Shown: in pieces, positions 1 to 7,741 of the stretch | How positions within the stretch are numbered: the first letter of the stretch is position 1 | Layout: every line of letters begins with the position of its first letter | Virus record (IMG/VR): IMGVR_UViG_3300042945_003044 | Reading direction: 5' to 3' (one strand) | From: a virus | Length of the DNA stretch: 64,000 nt | The notes under the pieces: model-generated | Told to the model about the DNA's origin: nothing | The model's input: the letters and a program-made list of their open reading frames with translations, nothing else | Databases searched by the model: none | Translations under genes and position numbers: made by a program

Positions 1-151
1 GCTCGCTGAAAGCCTTGATTTCCCCAGCCTTCACGTTCGCGTGAACGTCGCCAGGGAGCGAATCGGTCAGGCACGAACGAATCGAAGAAACAACCTCGTC
101 ACGATCCAGTTCATCGGCAACAATATCGACCACAAAACTAAACTTCTTCAT
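1..151 (-). CDS. hypothetical protein, 5' part only (MKKFSFVVDIVADELD...), runs off window
   Basis: ATG at 151 with upstream GAAAGGG SD; TTGACA-N17-TAAGAT promoter at ~194-222; frame open to window edge. Confidence 0.6.
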   Translation of the reverse strand, partial: MKKFSFVVDIVADELDRDEVVSSIRSCLTDSLPGDVHANVKAGEIKAFSE

Positions 152-352
152 TTGTAAACCCTTTCCAAAAGTGTTATCGAACCAAGTAAACCAATCTTAC
201 CTAATGAATCATCACTTGTCAAGAGTCTGCCAGATGGTTTCTATTGTTGGCATCTGCTGTCGTCTTGTCGTGTGATGCTATCAGTATACTATAGTTATCG
301 GCACTGTCAACCCCGTTCGTGAATCATTTTTGAGATTTTCAAAGATTTGTTC

Positions 353-430
353 TAAGTCCTTGGAGCATAAGAAGTTACGTCAAGCCGGGCCGGCCCTGTT
401 TGCCGTAAGTGCTTACAGCATAAGGGTTTA
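353..430. repeat. 78-bp double-palindrome element copy 1
   Basis: TAAGTCCTT-ggagcat-AAGAAGTTA, 28-bp linker, TAAGTGCTT-acagcat-AAGGGTTTA. Confidence 0.95.
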
Positions 431-432
431 GG

Positions 433-804
433 TTATGAGAGAAATCCCTGACAACCCAAAGCCACAAGATCACGCAGCAACTTTTCAGCCGCTGCCGGTG
501 TGGGCAGGGTCACGCTGTTACGACCCTTGCCGTTGATATAACGACAAGCGTTGTAATCATACGCACCCATCAGTTCATCGCTCCAATCCTTCGACTCCTT
601 CAAGCCCCATCCGGTAGCAAGCCGAATAGCCTTGATGGAAGCGATCCGGTTGTCGGTAGTCATTCCGCCGGTAATGGTCACCGTTCGGTGCTGGTTCACA
701 CCCAAAGCAATCTCAAAAGCGTTCACGATCCGCTCGTAAATATCCAGATTGCAGTTAGTCGCAAGATTCATAGCCTCACGAACCGTCAGTTCCAACTTAA
801 TCAT
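433..804 (-). CDS. ribosomal protein L7/L12 C-terminal-like domain protein
   Basis: RIASIKAIRLATGWGLKESKD matches the L7/L12 CTD motif KIxxIKxxRxxTGxGLKEAK. Confidence 0.75.
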   Translation of the reverse strand: MIKLELTVREAMNLATNCNLDIYERIVNAFEIALGVNQHRTVTITGGMTTDNRIASIKAIRLATGWGLKESKDWSDELMGAYDYNACRYINGKGRNSVTLPTPAAAEKLLRDLVALGCQGFLS

Positions 805-805
805 C

Positions 806-1219
806 TCAAATCCTTTCTTCCAAAACGTAAACTTGCTTGCCTTGTGTAATTAAAGTAGCGTATTCGCTATCGTCCCAAATAAACTCGTTGCTATCACTTT
901 CTCGTCGCCAGTGTGGGTCACGAATCGGATTATAGTATACCTTTTCAAGATTGTCAACAGGCAAATCCTTGCGAAGCATCACTTCCTCACACTTTACCCA
1001 TCCACTAACATCATGCACACCAGCCTCAAATACCTGTTTAGCCTTATTCGGTCTGTTCCACAATATACAACCCCTCATTTCCAACTGATATTCTTTGGGG
1101 TCGTAATAGTATACATCAACAGTTTTTCCACCTTGTTTAACCTTAACTTGCCAATGCATATAATGATCCCCTTGGCTAAGATGGAATCTAACTTCGGCGT
1201 GTAGTGGTTTCGGTTTCAT
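806..1219 (-). CDS. hypothetical phage protein (start revised to MKPKP, probably leaderless)
   Basis: TTGACA-N17-TATAGT promoter lies inside the longer ORF call; ATG is 6 nt after the -10 box. Confidence 0.7.
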   Translation of the reverse strand: MKPKPLHAEVRFHLSQGDHYMHWQVKVKQGGKTVDVYYYDPKEYQLEMRGCILWNRPNKAKQVFEAGVHDVSGWVKCEEVMLRKDLPVDNLEKVYYNPIRDPHWRRESDSNEFIWDDSEYATLITQGKQVYVLEERI

Positions 1220-1259
1220 ACTTATACTATACCTTATCGGCCAAATCTTGTCAAGTCCT

Positions 1260-1655
1260 TTAGAATTTATTTGTAAAATCTTTCGAGATGCCCATCTGCT
1301 CTTGCACATCGCTATCTGTTAGCACGTCCTCGTCCATCATAAAATCCATATCATCAAAAAAGATTTCAATATCAACTTCCCCATTGGGATTAAAAAGCCA
1401 AGCAAAATTCATGATCATAAAATATGCCGTAGCCTGAACCCAAGATTCCACCTCTCCGGAATGCAGTTCGATAGTATTGCGGTTTTGGTAGACATACTCT
1501 ATGGCAGCCCGCTTAGTATCGCTGTTCATATTATTCCAAACAGGAATATCAAACTTATTTAGTTCGCTAAACAGACTCCCGTCAACAGACCACTCATTCT
1601 TATATGTATTATAAGTTTCTTCGATCATCCCAACAGCAATAGCACGACACTGCAT
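1260..1655 (-). CDS. hypothetical protein, acidic C-terminus
   Basis: 131-aa ORF with AGGAG SD. Confidence 0.7.
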   Translation of the reverse strand: MQCRAIAVGMIEETYNTYKNEWSVDGSLFSELNKFDIPVWNNMNSDTKRAAIEYVYQNRNTIELHSGEVESWVQATAYFMIMNFAWLFNPNGEVDIEIFFDDMDFMMDEDVLTDSDVQEQMGISKDFTNKF

Positions 1656-1674
1656 AATATACTCCTATTGTTCA

Positions 1675-1718
1675 CTGACTACAGCCACACCAGCCAAATC
1701 CGAAGGATTAGGTCAGAC
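1675..1718 (-). repeat. ~44-bp hairpin-containing repeat, copy A (copy B at 4807-4850)
   Basis: ctgactacagccacaccagccaaatccgaaggattagg vs ctgactacacccacaccgcccaaatccgaaggattagg. Confidence 0.85.
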
Positions 1719-1867
1719 AGATAGATTGGGTTATGCCATACTCGGCCTTGCATTTAACCGCGGCTTCTTTGATATCATTCTGCCAACGGCCCTCATCTAT
1801 CGCCTGTATCTAAGTGTACATCTATTATCGGGTCTTGTCAAGAGAATTCTTTAGAAGAAAATTTCAA

Positions 1868-1940
1868 TAGGAGCGGTGGGACTCGAACCCACACTGGAAG
1901 GATTTTAAGTCCTTTGACTCTGCCATTGGTCTACGCTCCC
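1868..1940 (-). tRNA. trnL: tRNA-Leu(UAA), short variable loop, CCA not encoded
   Basis: Cloverleaf: GGGAGCG/CGCTCCT acceptor stem, AAGGA-CTTAAAA-TCCTT anticodon arm, GTGGG-TTCGAGT-CCCAC T arm; own TTGACA-N17-TATGAT promoter at ~1951-1979. Confidence 0.92.
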
Positions 1941-1998
1941 GAGTCGGTCTATCATACTATGATATTCGTCATTTGTCAACCGATTCTTTAATTTTTCC

Positions 1999-2076
1999 TA
2001 AGTCCTTTCGGGATAACGACTTACGATGAACGCGGCCCGCCCGATTTGCTCTAAGTGCTTTGGTAATCAGGAGTTA
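1999..2076. repeat. 78-bp double-palindrome element copy 2
   Basis: TAAGTCCTT-tcgggat-AACGACTTA ... TAAGTGCTT-tggtaat-CAGGAGTTA. Confidence 0.95.
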
Positions 2077-2192
2077 CCGATATACCACCAATGGCATCGT
2101 TGGCAAAACAACCAAATAATACCATTATGGTCGTATTTCCACACCAGATTATCACACGCGCCACACGGGCAAATATCACTAAGAGTTTTCAT
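2067..2192 (-). CDS. 41-aa Cys-rich micro-protein, putative zinc ribbon (not in ORF track)
   Basis: MKTLSDICPCGACDNLVWKYDHNGIIWLFCQRCHWWYIGNS*; overlaps the upstream gene end; stop lies inside element copy 2. Confidence 0.55.
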   Translation of the reverse strand: MKTLSDICPCGACDNLVWKYDHNGIIWLFCQRCHWWYIGNS

Positions 2193-2352
2193 AAACTAAC
2201 TTCACATACTTGTCCACAAGTTCGGATACTGCGATCTCATGAGTAGAAATAAGTTCTTTAACTTGGCTCACATTATGCTTATTTACAGCGGCCATTCTAT
2301 TTCTGAAAAAACTCAGAATATAAACCATAGCCTTATCTCTATCCTCAGTCAT
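2179..2352 (-). CDS. hypothetical protein (start revised to MTEDRD)
   Basis: ATG overlaps the end of the upstream gene; GAGGGG SD. Confidence 0.6.
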   Translation of the reverse strand: MTEDRDKAMVYILSFFRNRMAAVNKHNVSQVKELISTHEIAVSELVDKYVKLVYENS

Positions 2353-2662
2353 ACAACCCTCTAGTATATTCTTCTGGAATAATTGGACACCAACTCTTAG
2401 CCCGTTCCTCATCGTATGGAAGCCAGAACGGAGCATCACAAGCGTCACAAGTCCACGGTTTGGCTTGGTTGGTAAAAACGTGCTGGCAAATCTCTATCTC
2501 TTTATCTACAACCTTTTCATTATTTTCATTATAATAGTATGTTTCAATCTTGCGATCTGGATGATAAGAATAGTGACCAATCCCTATACCAATATTGGGA
2601 CCAAAGTAATAAACCCTCTGCCCAACAGCAGGCGGATTCTTATGAGAGTTATTCCACTCCAT
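2345..2662 (-). CDS. hypothetical protein
   Basis: 105-aa ORF, GGAGTAGG SD, operonic spacing. Confidence 0.7.
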   Translation of the reverse strand: MEWNNSHKNPPAVGQRVYYFGPNIGIGIGHYSYHPDRKIETYYYNENNEKVVDKEIEICQHVFTNQAKPWTCDACDAPFWLPYDEERAKSWCPIIPEEYTRGLYD

Positions 2663-2665
2663 TAT

Positions 2666-2890
2666 TTACCTACTCCTTCCAACAATCACACATTTCATAC
2701 TAATATCACTATCAGTATACTTAACACACTCATGAGGTCCATAATACCACTTATCTTCATCGTTCACATTCAATACAATATCCTCAGTTCTCAGGCTAAG
2801 GTCATTAAACCCACCCTCATAACCGAGAGTAAGAACCCGCATATCGGACGGATAGTTCTTCAACTGCTCAATAAGTTCGTTAACGGTCAT
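2666..2890 (-). CDS. hypothetical phage protein (MTVNELIEQL...)
   Basis: Common phage MTVxELIxxL N-terminus; TAATG coupling to upstream micro-ORF. Confidence 0.7.
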   Translation of the reverse strand: MTVNELIEQLKNYPSDMRVLTLGYEGGFNDLSLRTEDIVLNVNDEDKWYYGPHECVKYTDSDISMKCVIVGRSR

Positions 2891-3006
2891 TATTTCCACC
2901 TAAAAGTAAATTTAGTAGCCTCATTATCACAAACGAAAGTGAAGTATGCTAGAAAGAACATGGTCAAAGACGGGAAAAATAGAATTATCTTACGAAAGAT
3001 TCTCAT
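2890..3006 (-). CDS. 38-aa hydrophobic micro-protein
   Basis: MRIFRKIILFFPSLTMFFLAYFTFVCDNEATKFTFRWK*; tightly packed between neighbours. Confidence 0.5.
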   Translation of the reverse strand: MRIFRKIILFFPSLTMFFLAYFTFVCDNEATKFTFRWK

Positions 3007-3008
3007 GC

Positions 3009-3146
3009 TTAGTCCTCAGTAGCATCATCAATATACCACTCGTATCCTAGTTCGTCAATAGTATCTTCTAATACTTCAATAATATCATCAGCATCTTCAG
3101 AATCTAGATCAATTCCCGGTATATCAAAAACAACATAAACCTTCAT
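3009..3146 (-). CDS. 45-aa highly acidic micro-protein
   Basis: MKVYVVFDIPGIDLDSEDADDIIEVLEDTIDELGYEWYIDDATED*; AAGGA SD. Confidence 0.65.
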   Translation of the reverse strand: MKVYVVFDIPGIDLDSEDADDIIEVLEDTIDELGYEWYIDDATED

Positions 3147-3164
3147 TTCATTTTCCTTGTATTA

Positions 3165-3556
3165 AAACCAGCGGAACCATTTACGATCCGGTTCCTATAG
3201 CCCACACCTATAACTTTCAAGGTTTGGAAACCGCCCACGCTGCTTCACTGCTTTCGGGTACCTAATATCAGGCAGTTTATCAGAGGCAACGGTTACTGGT
3301 TGTATTGGTCGTGGTGAGGATGCTATCCCCCATAGATTGGCATTACTATACAACGTATAAGCCCGTTGTCAACCCCGGCGATTGCTTCGCTGAACGGGAG
3401 GTTTATCGTAATGGCTTATCCCAACCTAGTCCCTGAGCATGGACCCACGAAAGTTTGTATTGTTAGGACCGATTGTAGAAGACGTTTCCTAGGACATCAA
3501 TTACCGCTTTTACCGGCTACTCGGCCCGACATAACCAACAAGCGTTTGCTTGTTCT
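3165..3556 (-). ncRNA. candidate large structured non-coding RNA
   Basis: ~400 nt with no credible sense ORF, downstream of a TTGACA-N16-TAGAAT promoter; several stems (ACAAGC/GCTTGT, CCCGTT/AACGGG enclosing GCGA/TCGC, GGGGAT/ATCCTC, GGAACC/GGTTCC). Confidence 0.45.
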
Positions 3557-3586
3557 TTCATCATTCTACTATCTATTATCGGCTTG

Positions 3587-3886
3587 TCAAGAGGGTTTCT
3601 TTAAAAATTTTTTGATGACGAAAAACGCAACTAACCCAAAGCCCAACAGTACAAGAGATGAAGGCTCTGGCACAGGATTGATAGGGGTATGATCCTTAAG
3701 AACCGCATTATAAAACAAATACAAGGCTTGACCACCATCATTATAAACATACAAAGAGTCGTACTCGGTTTGTATGAGTCTATCTGTAGTAAAATCAGAA
3801 TATAGACTATATGGGTCTGAATACCAAGTACCGGTGTTTATCCACACCCCATTCTCATACCCGTATCCATACAGAGGATAATCCAT
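3587..3886 (-). CDS. PEP-CTERM sorting-signal protein (start revised, probably leaderless)
   Basis: C-terminal VPEPSSLVLLGFGLVAFFVIKKFLKK is PEP + TM + basic tail; the TTG 'start' at 3922 is the -35 box of TTGACA-N17-TATAAT. Confidence 0.8.
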   Translation of the reverse strand: MDYPLYGYGYENGVWINTGTWYSDPYSLYSDFTTDRLIQTEYDSLYVYNDGGQALYLFYNAVLKDHTPINPVPEPSSLVLLGFGLVAFFVIKKFLKKPS

Positions 3887-3950
3887 GCTTGCCATTATAT
3901 AATGTATCGTCGGTTTTGTCAATCACTCTTTAAAAAATATTTTTGTGATG

Positions 3951-4028
3951 TAAGTCGTTGTGATATAAGCACTTGCGACGAGCGGGGCAGCGCAAACTCG
4001 CCCTAAGTCCCCTTGGGCAAAGAACTTA
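3951..4028. repeat. 78-bp double-palindrome element copy 3
   Basis: TAAGTCGTT-gtgatat-AAGCACTTG ... TAAGTCCCC-ttgggca-AAGAACTTA. Confidence 0.95.
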
Positions 4029-4041
4029 GAGCGAGCCGCGT

Positions 4042-4524
4042 TCAGATACCGGCTTCTTCTGGATCGTCTTTGAAGAATTCAGCCATATCAAACTCATTCC
4101 ACAACGCAACAGGAATCATATCCTTACTAGGATAGTCCACATAATTATCAGCACCATTATCCCAAATACCGCAAAAGGCAATACCCGGTTCCCAATAACT
4201 AGCCTTCACATTATATCCCAACTCTACCAGTTTGTCATACAAGCCAACAGGAGGACTCCACGCACTATCAAAAGAACAATTTACTTCATTACCAACCCTA
4301 GTGGCCTTCAGCCCATGTCTCTCCTCTTTATCTGTACCAATATCCGCCCCAATATCCCACTTAGTTCCCCAATTATCTATTTGCCAACTATACCAATCTT
4401 CTCCTTCTGGCAGAGGCAAAAACTCCGCACAGGCCTTACCTAAATTATAGGCTTTCTCAAAACGATCAACCATAGCAGAATCAGTATGCTCAACAGTCAA
4501 TTTGTTCAAACACCAATTTGGCAT
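4042..4524 (-). CDS. DUF1281/YubB-like ferredoxin-fold protein
   Basis: Motifs MPNWCxN, WYxWxxxNWGTKWD, FDSAWSPP, YWEPGxxFCG. Confidence 0.8.
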   Translation of the reverse strand: MPNWCLNKLTVEHTDSAMVDRFEKAYNLGKACAEFLPLPEGEDWYSWQIDNWGTKWDIGADIGTDKEERHGLKATRVGNEVNCSFDSAWSPPVGLYDKLVELGYNVKASYWEPGIAFCGIWDNGADNYVDYPSKDMIPVALWNEFDMAEFFKDDPEEAGI

Positions 4525-4535
4525 TGCCGGTATCC

Positions 4536-4742
4536 TTAGTTATTGGAAGGGGTCACAGAGTTCTCACACTTTTCAATAATTTTGCTCATAATAAACTTAT
4601 GAAACAGACTCTCTACTGCAAAAATAGAATCGGCTCTAACAGAAACAGGTACATCCCTCATTTCAGTAATACCAACAATAGTTTCGGTAAAAGCACTAAT
4701 ATCCTGAGCAATCAGATCATACTCTGTAGATACGGCTTGCAT
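4536..4742 (-). CDS. hypothetical protein
   Basis: AGGAGG SD; TTGACA-N17-TAAACT promoter upstream. Confidence 0.7.
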   Translation of the reverse strand: MQAVSTEYDLIAQDISAFTETIVGITEMRDVPVSVRADSIFAVESLFHKFIMSKIIEKCENSVTPSNN

Positions 4743-4806
4743 AGCAGCCTCCTTTTGATACAGTTTACACTAACTATTATCGACTGTCAAGACCACATAA
4801 CTTTTG

Positions 4807-4850
4807 CTGACTACACCCACACCGCCCAAATCCGAAGGATTAGGTGTGAC
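4807..4850 (-). repeat. ~44-bp hairpin-containing repeat, copy B
   Basis: Near-identical to 1675-1718; overlaps the stop codon of 4840-5007. Confidence 0.85.
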
Positions 4851-5007
4851 CAACTAACAGACTTCTCTCTATCCTTGTGTTAGACCCGAATTTTTCAAAC
4901 GCTTTTCGTAATGCGTCAATTTCACTTGGAGATATGACGTATCCTACAAACTTATTATCTTTGAACACTATCCAAGATTGTCCAATGCTATGGTCTTGTG
5001 TTTGCAT
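4840..5007 (-). CDS. 55-aa micro-protein, probably leaderless (not in ORF track)
   Basis: MQTQDHSIGQSWIVFKDNKFVGYVISPSEIDALRKAFEKFG...; ATG 6 nt after TAGAAT; resembles 9872-10063. Confidence 0.65.
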   Translation of the reverse strand: MQTQDHSIGQSWIVFKDNKFVGYVISPSEIDALRKAFEKFGSNTRIERSLLVGHT

Positions 5008-5062
5008 GTTTTGATTCTACAAGTTATTATCGGTTTGTCAATAGAGAAAACTTTATTTGTCG

Positions 5063-5140
5063 TAAAGCATTTGGAGACAAGTACTTATGTCGAATTTTGC
5101 GGCGCCCCTCGGCCCTAAGTGCTGCCGTAGCAACAACTTA
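5063..5140. repeat. 78-bp double-palindrome element copy 4
   Basis: TAAAGCATT-tggagac-AAGTACTTA ... TAAGTGCTG-ccgtagc-AACAACTTA. Confidence 0.95.
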
Positions 5141-5175
5141 GGGTGAGGGTTTCACCGATTGGCGAAGAAGACAGT

Positions 5176-5580
5176 TTAGATAAGGTGAGCCAGACCCGTA
5201 GCAAAGAGAGCCTGAGCCCCAACCGGCTTGCGGCACTTTTCAGTACGCTCCGCATAGAAGTTGCGAACCGTACCATTGGGCATTTCGCAAGTCACAAGGT
5301 GGCGAGTACGCTGAAACTCGGGATCATTCGCACGATAGCGACTGCGAGCATTCAGCCTACGAATAGAGTAGTCATCCAGAGTGTGGACTTCCACAACCTT
5401 TGCCAGATAACGCTCCGGCTCGCCCTGCAACGGCTGCTTATAGATGAAGTTGTAGATTTCACCCGGCTTAGCAGACGCGAGCGTACCACGAACACCACCA
5501 TAAACAGCATAGGCAAGAGCAGCAATCAGAACAGCAGTAACACCAGCCAGAATACCACCAAACAGAAGAACATCGTTCAT
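5176..5580 (-). CDS. membrane-anchored hypothetical protein
   Basis: N-terminal TM helix (VLLFGGILAGVTAVLIAALAYAVY); GAAAGGG SD before MNDV; alternative start at 5616. Confidence 0.7.
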   Translation of the reverse strand: MNDVLLFGGILAGVTAVLIAALAYAVYGGVRGTLASAKPGEIYNFIYKQPLQGEPERYLAKVVEVHTLDDYSIRRLNARSRYRANDPEFQRTRHLVTCEMPNGTVRNFYAERTEKCRKPVGAQALFATGLAHLI

Positions 5581-5647
5581 AAAAACCCTTTCAGTTAGAA
5601 AACCCTCAATCAACATACCACAAGTCTACACTATGTATCGACTCTTG

Positions 5648-5884
5648 TCAAGCCTCAACATTAGAAAAATTTTCGGTCCAAAACTCTTTGAGTTCGTCCA
5701 GATCAATTCCGCTATCGTTCCACGCCACATTATCTAAAGTTTCAATAGAGCCCATCTCTCGCATTTGTTCTACGAAATCCGAATAATCGTCACAACTTCT
5801 AGCAAGGTTATATAAACCCTCGTCGTTTGCAATCCAGAGTTGAACGTTCCATGTCTGATAGTTTTTGCAGCCGTTGTAAGTCAT
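5648..5884 (-). CDS. hypothetical phage protein (YNGxxNYxTWNVxLW type)
   Basis: Motif typical of small phage proteins; GAAAGGG SD before MTYNG. Confidence 0.75.
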   Translation of the reverse strand: MTYNGCKNYQTWNVQLWIANDEGLYNLARSCDDYSDFVEQMREMGSIETLDNVAWNDSGIDLDELKEFWTENFSNVEA

Positions 5885-5967
5885 CTTTTTCCCTTTCGTG
5901 TGTGCCGTAATCATACCATATAGATCGGCAAATGCAAGAGGAAATCTTTAGAAAAATTTTTTAGACG

Positions 5968-6045
5968 TAAAGCGTTGTAGCATAAGTAGTTACGTCGAGG
6001 CCGGCGGCGCCCGCTCGCCCTAAGTGCTTATGCACAAAGGGTTTG
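5968..6045. repeat. 78-bp double-palindrome element copy 5
   Basis: TAAAGCGTT-gtagcat-AAGTAGTTA ... TAAGTGCTT-atgcaca-AAGGGTTTG. Confidence 0.95.
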
Positions 6046-6055
6046 CGGAGAGCTT

Positions 6056-6292
6056 TTATTCGAAGTCTACGAAAATTACTTGATTGTAGCCGCGAGGCTT
6101 AATCTTGAAACTATCGCCATAATCTTCGGTTTCTGCCTTTACGCCCGTAAACCCGGCCAATTCCTTAGCCTTCTTCACAATGCTACGCTGCGAAGCGTCA
6201 CGCTTGGGAATAAACTCGTAACGGTTTACCCAGCCGTAGTTAGCCTCGCCACCAAAAAGATCCGTATGGGTCACAACGCACTTCATGCTCAA
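6056..6292 (-). CDS. hypothetical phage protein (TDxFGGEANYxWVxR motif)
   Basis: AAGGAG SD; plausible small phage protein. Confidence 0.7.
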   Translation of the reverse strand: MSMKCVVTHTDLFGGEANYGWVNRYEFIPKRDASQRSIVKKAKELAGFTGVKAETEDYGDSFKIKPRGYNQVIFVDFE

Positions 6293-6297
6293 TCTCC

Positions 6298-6501
6298 TTA
6301 CAGGCTCACGGTTTCAGAACGAAAAGAACACACACTTAGGCCACTAGCAGCCACAACAGTATCCAACATATCACCGATCAGTTCTGCTCTTTCCATAGCA
6401 GTTGACGTATCGCGATCAGCAACTTCCAACACAAACTCTTGGTCGATTGACTGTTCGCCATTCTCGTTTTCAACCACAATATCAAAGAAGCGGTACTTCA
6501 T
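6298..6501 (-). CDS. acidic hypothetical protein
   Basis: GAGG SD; promoter at ~6528-6556. Confidence 0.7.
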   Translation of the reverse strand: MKYRFFDIVVENENGEQSIDQEFVLEVADRDTSTAMERAELIGDMLDTVVAASGLSVCSFRSETVSL

Positions 6502-6585
6502 ATGATCCTCTCTTTCAGATATAGACTAGTTTATACTACTAAGATCGGCTTGTCAAGCGGTTATCTTGAAAAAATTTTTTTGATG

Positions 6586-6663
6586 CAAACCCTTATGAGA
6601 TAACGAGTTAGGACAAATTTTCGCCGCCCGCCTCGTCCTAAGTCCTTTGGTGGTAAGGATTTG
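6586..6663. repeat. 78-bp double-palindrome element copy 6
   Basis: CAAACCCTT-atgagat-AACGAGTTA ... TAAGTCCTT-tggtggt-AAGGATTTG. Confidence 0.95.
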
Positions 6664-6670
6664 TGTCGAA

Positions 6671-6925
6671 TTATTCTCCGCCGTAATAATCTTCGCCTAG
6701 CGGGGTGTCATCACCATAATATCCATAATCCTCATCGGTTCCCCATCCTGCGGAAGCGAGGCCACTCTCATGATCCCCATCCATACTATCATCATACGAA
6801 TCATCCCAACTGTTCTCCAATTCATCCGCGTCAACTTCCCCGTAGTGAAAATCGTTGTAATCGTCGTAGTTCATATCGTCCTCGCAAGAGTTATCGGGAT
6901 CATAGCACGGGTCAGGATGGCTCAT
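6671..6925 (-). CDS. extremely acidic D/Y-rich protein
   Basis: 84 aa, many D/E, no K/R; contains SMDGDHESGLASAGWGTDEDYG; GAGG SD and own promoter. Confidence 0.75.
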   Translation of the reverse strand: MSHPDPCYDPDNSCEDDMNYDDYNDFHYGEVDADELENSWDDSYDDSMDGDHESGLASAGWGTDEDYGYYGDDTPLGEDYYGGE

Positions 6926-6987
6926 TTCTTTTTCCTCTTTACTAGTGTTATCGGGATTCTATCCTAAAAACTTTAGGCTGTCAAGCC

Positions 6988-7185
6988 CTATTCCACAATC
7001 CACGTTTCGCCGTTTTCATCCATCATCTCGACAGGGGCAAAATCATCCACACAACCCACAACATCTGCCCAATCCCAAAAGTTGACTTCCACGCCGGGGT
7101 CGTCAATAGGCTCGACCATAGGCTCAATCGTACCGTCTTGGGCCATTTGATCCAGAATCAAGTTGATTTCTTCGAAAGAATACAT
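6988..7185 (-). CDS. acidic hypothetical protein (start revised to MYSFEE)
   Basis: The longer ORF call runs through a promoter and element copy 7; AAGGA SD before ATG 7185. Confidence 0.7.
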   Translation of the reverse strand: MYSFEEINLILDQMAQDGTIEPMVEPIDDPGVEVNFWDWADVVGCVDDFAPVEMMDENGETWIVE

Positions 7186-7290
7186 TTTTGACTTCCTTTG
7201 GGGTTTCACTTGTGATACTCGAATTATACATAGTATATCGGCCAAGTCAATAGCGTATCTATAAAAAATCCAAAAAAAATTTTGTTGATG

Positions 7291-7368
7291 TAAAGTGTTG
7301 CAGTATAAGGAGTTACGACGCGGCGGGCGGCGCGGCCTCGCCCTAAGTCGTTTAGCGACAAGGCTTTG
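7291..7368. repeat. 78-bp double-palindrome element copy 7
   Basis: TAAAGTGTT-gcagtat-AAGGAGTTA ... TAAGTCGTT-tagcgac-AAGGCTTTG. Confidence 0.95.
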
Positions 7369-7370
7369 CG

Positions 7371-7682
7371 TCAATTTCCTACGACCATGCCATCCATAAA
7401 AGGATAGGATTTGTCGTTGATTTTCACAAACCATTCAAAATTCTTTTGATACACATAACGTGGGCTATACTGGTTGATACGATCCTTAGTGGTCAGAGTT
7501 TGCCAGCCGCCACTATTCAGCGTATAGGTACCATCTTCGTGAATCTTGACCACATAGGTACTGTGCAGCATAATCCCAACCGAGCCATCATGCAGAATTT
7601 CCGCATAGGTATTATTACCAACCTTGCGACGAGTAGCATTACGCTTGCCGCGAACCATAGTAACCGCTTCGGCGTGTGTCAT
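7371..7682 (-). CDS. hypothetical phage protein (LNSGGWxTxTTKxRIN motif)
   Basis: Motif typical of phage early proteins; AAGGG SD. Confidence 0.75.
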   Translation of the reverse strand: MTHAEAVTMVRGKRNATRRKVGNNTYAEILHDGSVGIMLHSTYVVKIHEDGTYTLNSGGWQTLTTKDRINQYSPRYVYQKNFEWFVKINDKSYPFMDGMVVGN

Positions 7683-7741
7683 TTTGTTTTCCCTTAGTGT
7701 TTATTGATACGATTAGGATTTTACTAGATAAACTTTATTTG

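Noticed and set aside
1906-1914. TAAGTCCTT arm consensus inside the tRNA-Leu anticodon arm
   Set aside because: It is a single 9-mer with no partner arm at 7-bp spacing, and is explained by tRNA structure or chance.
3165-3556. ncRNA candidate as RNase P RNA or tmRNA
   Set aside because: There are only loose echoes (GGAAACGTC, GGGCTTAT, GGGGAT...ACCA), with no proper P4 pairing, T-arm or tag reading frame.
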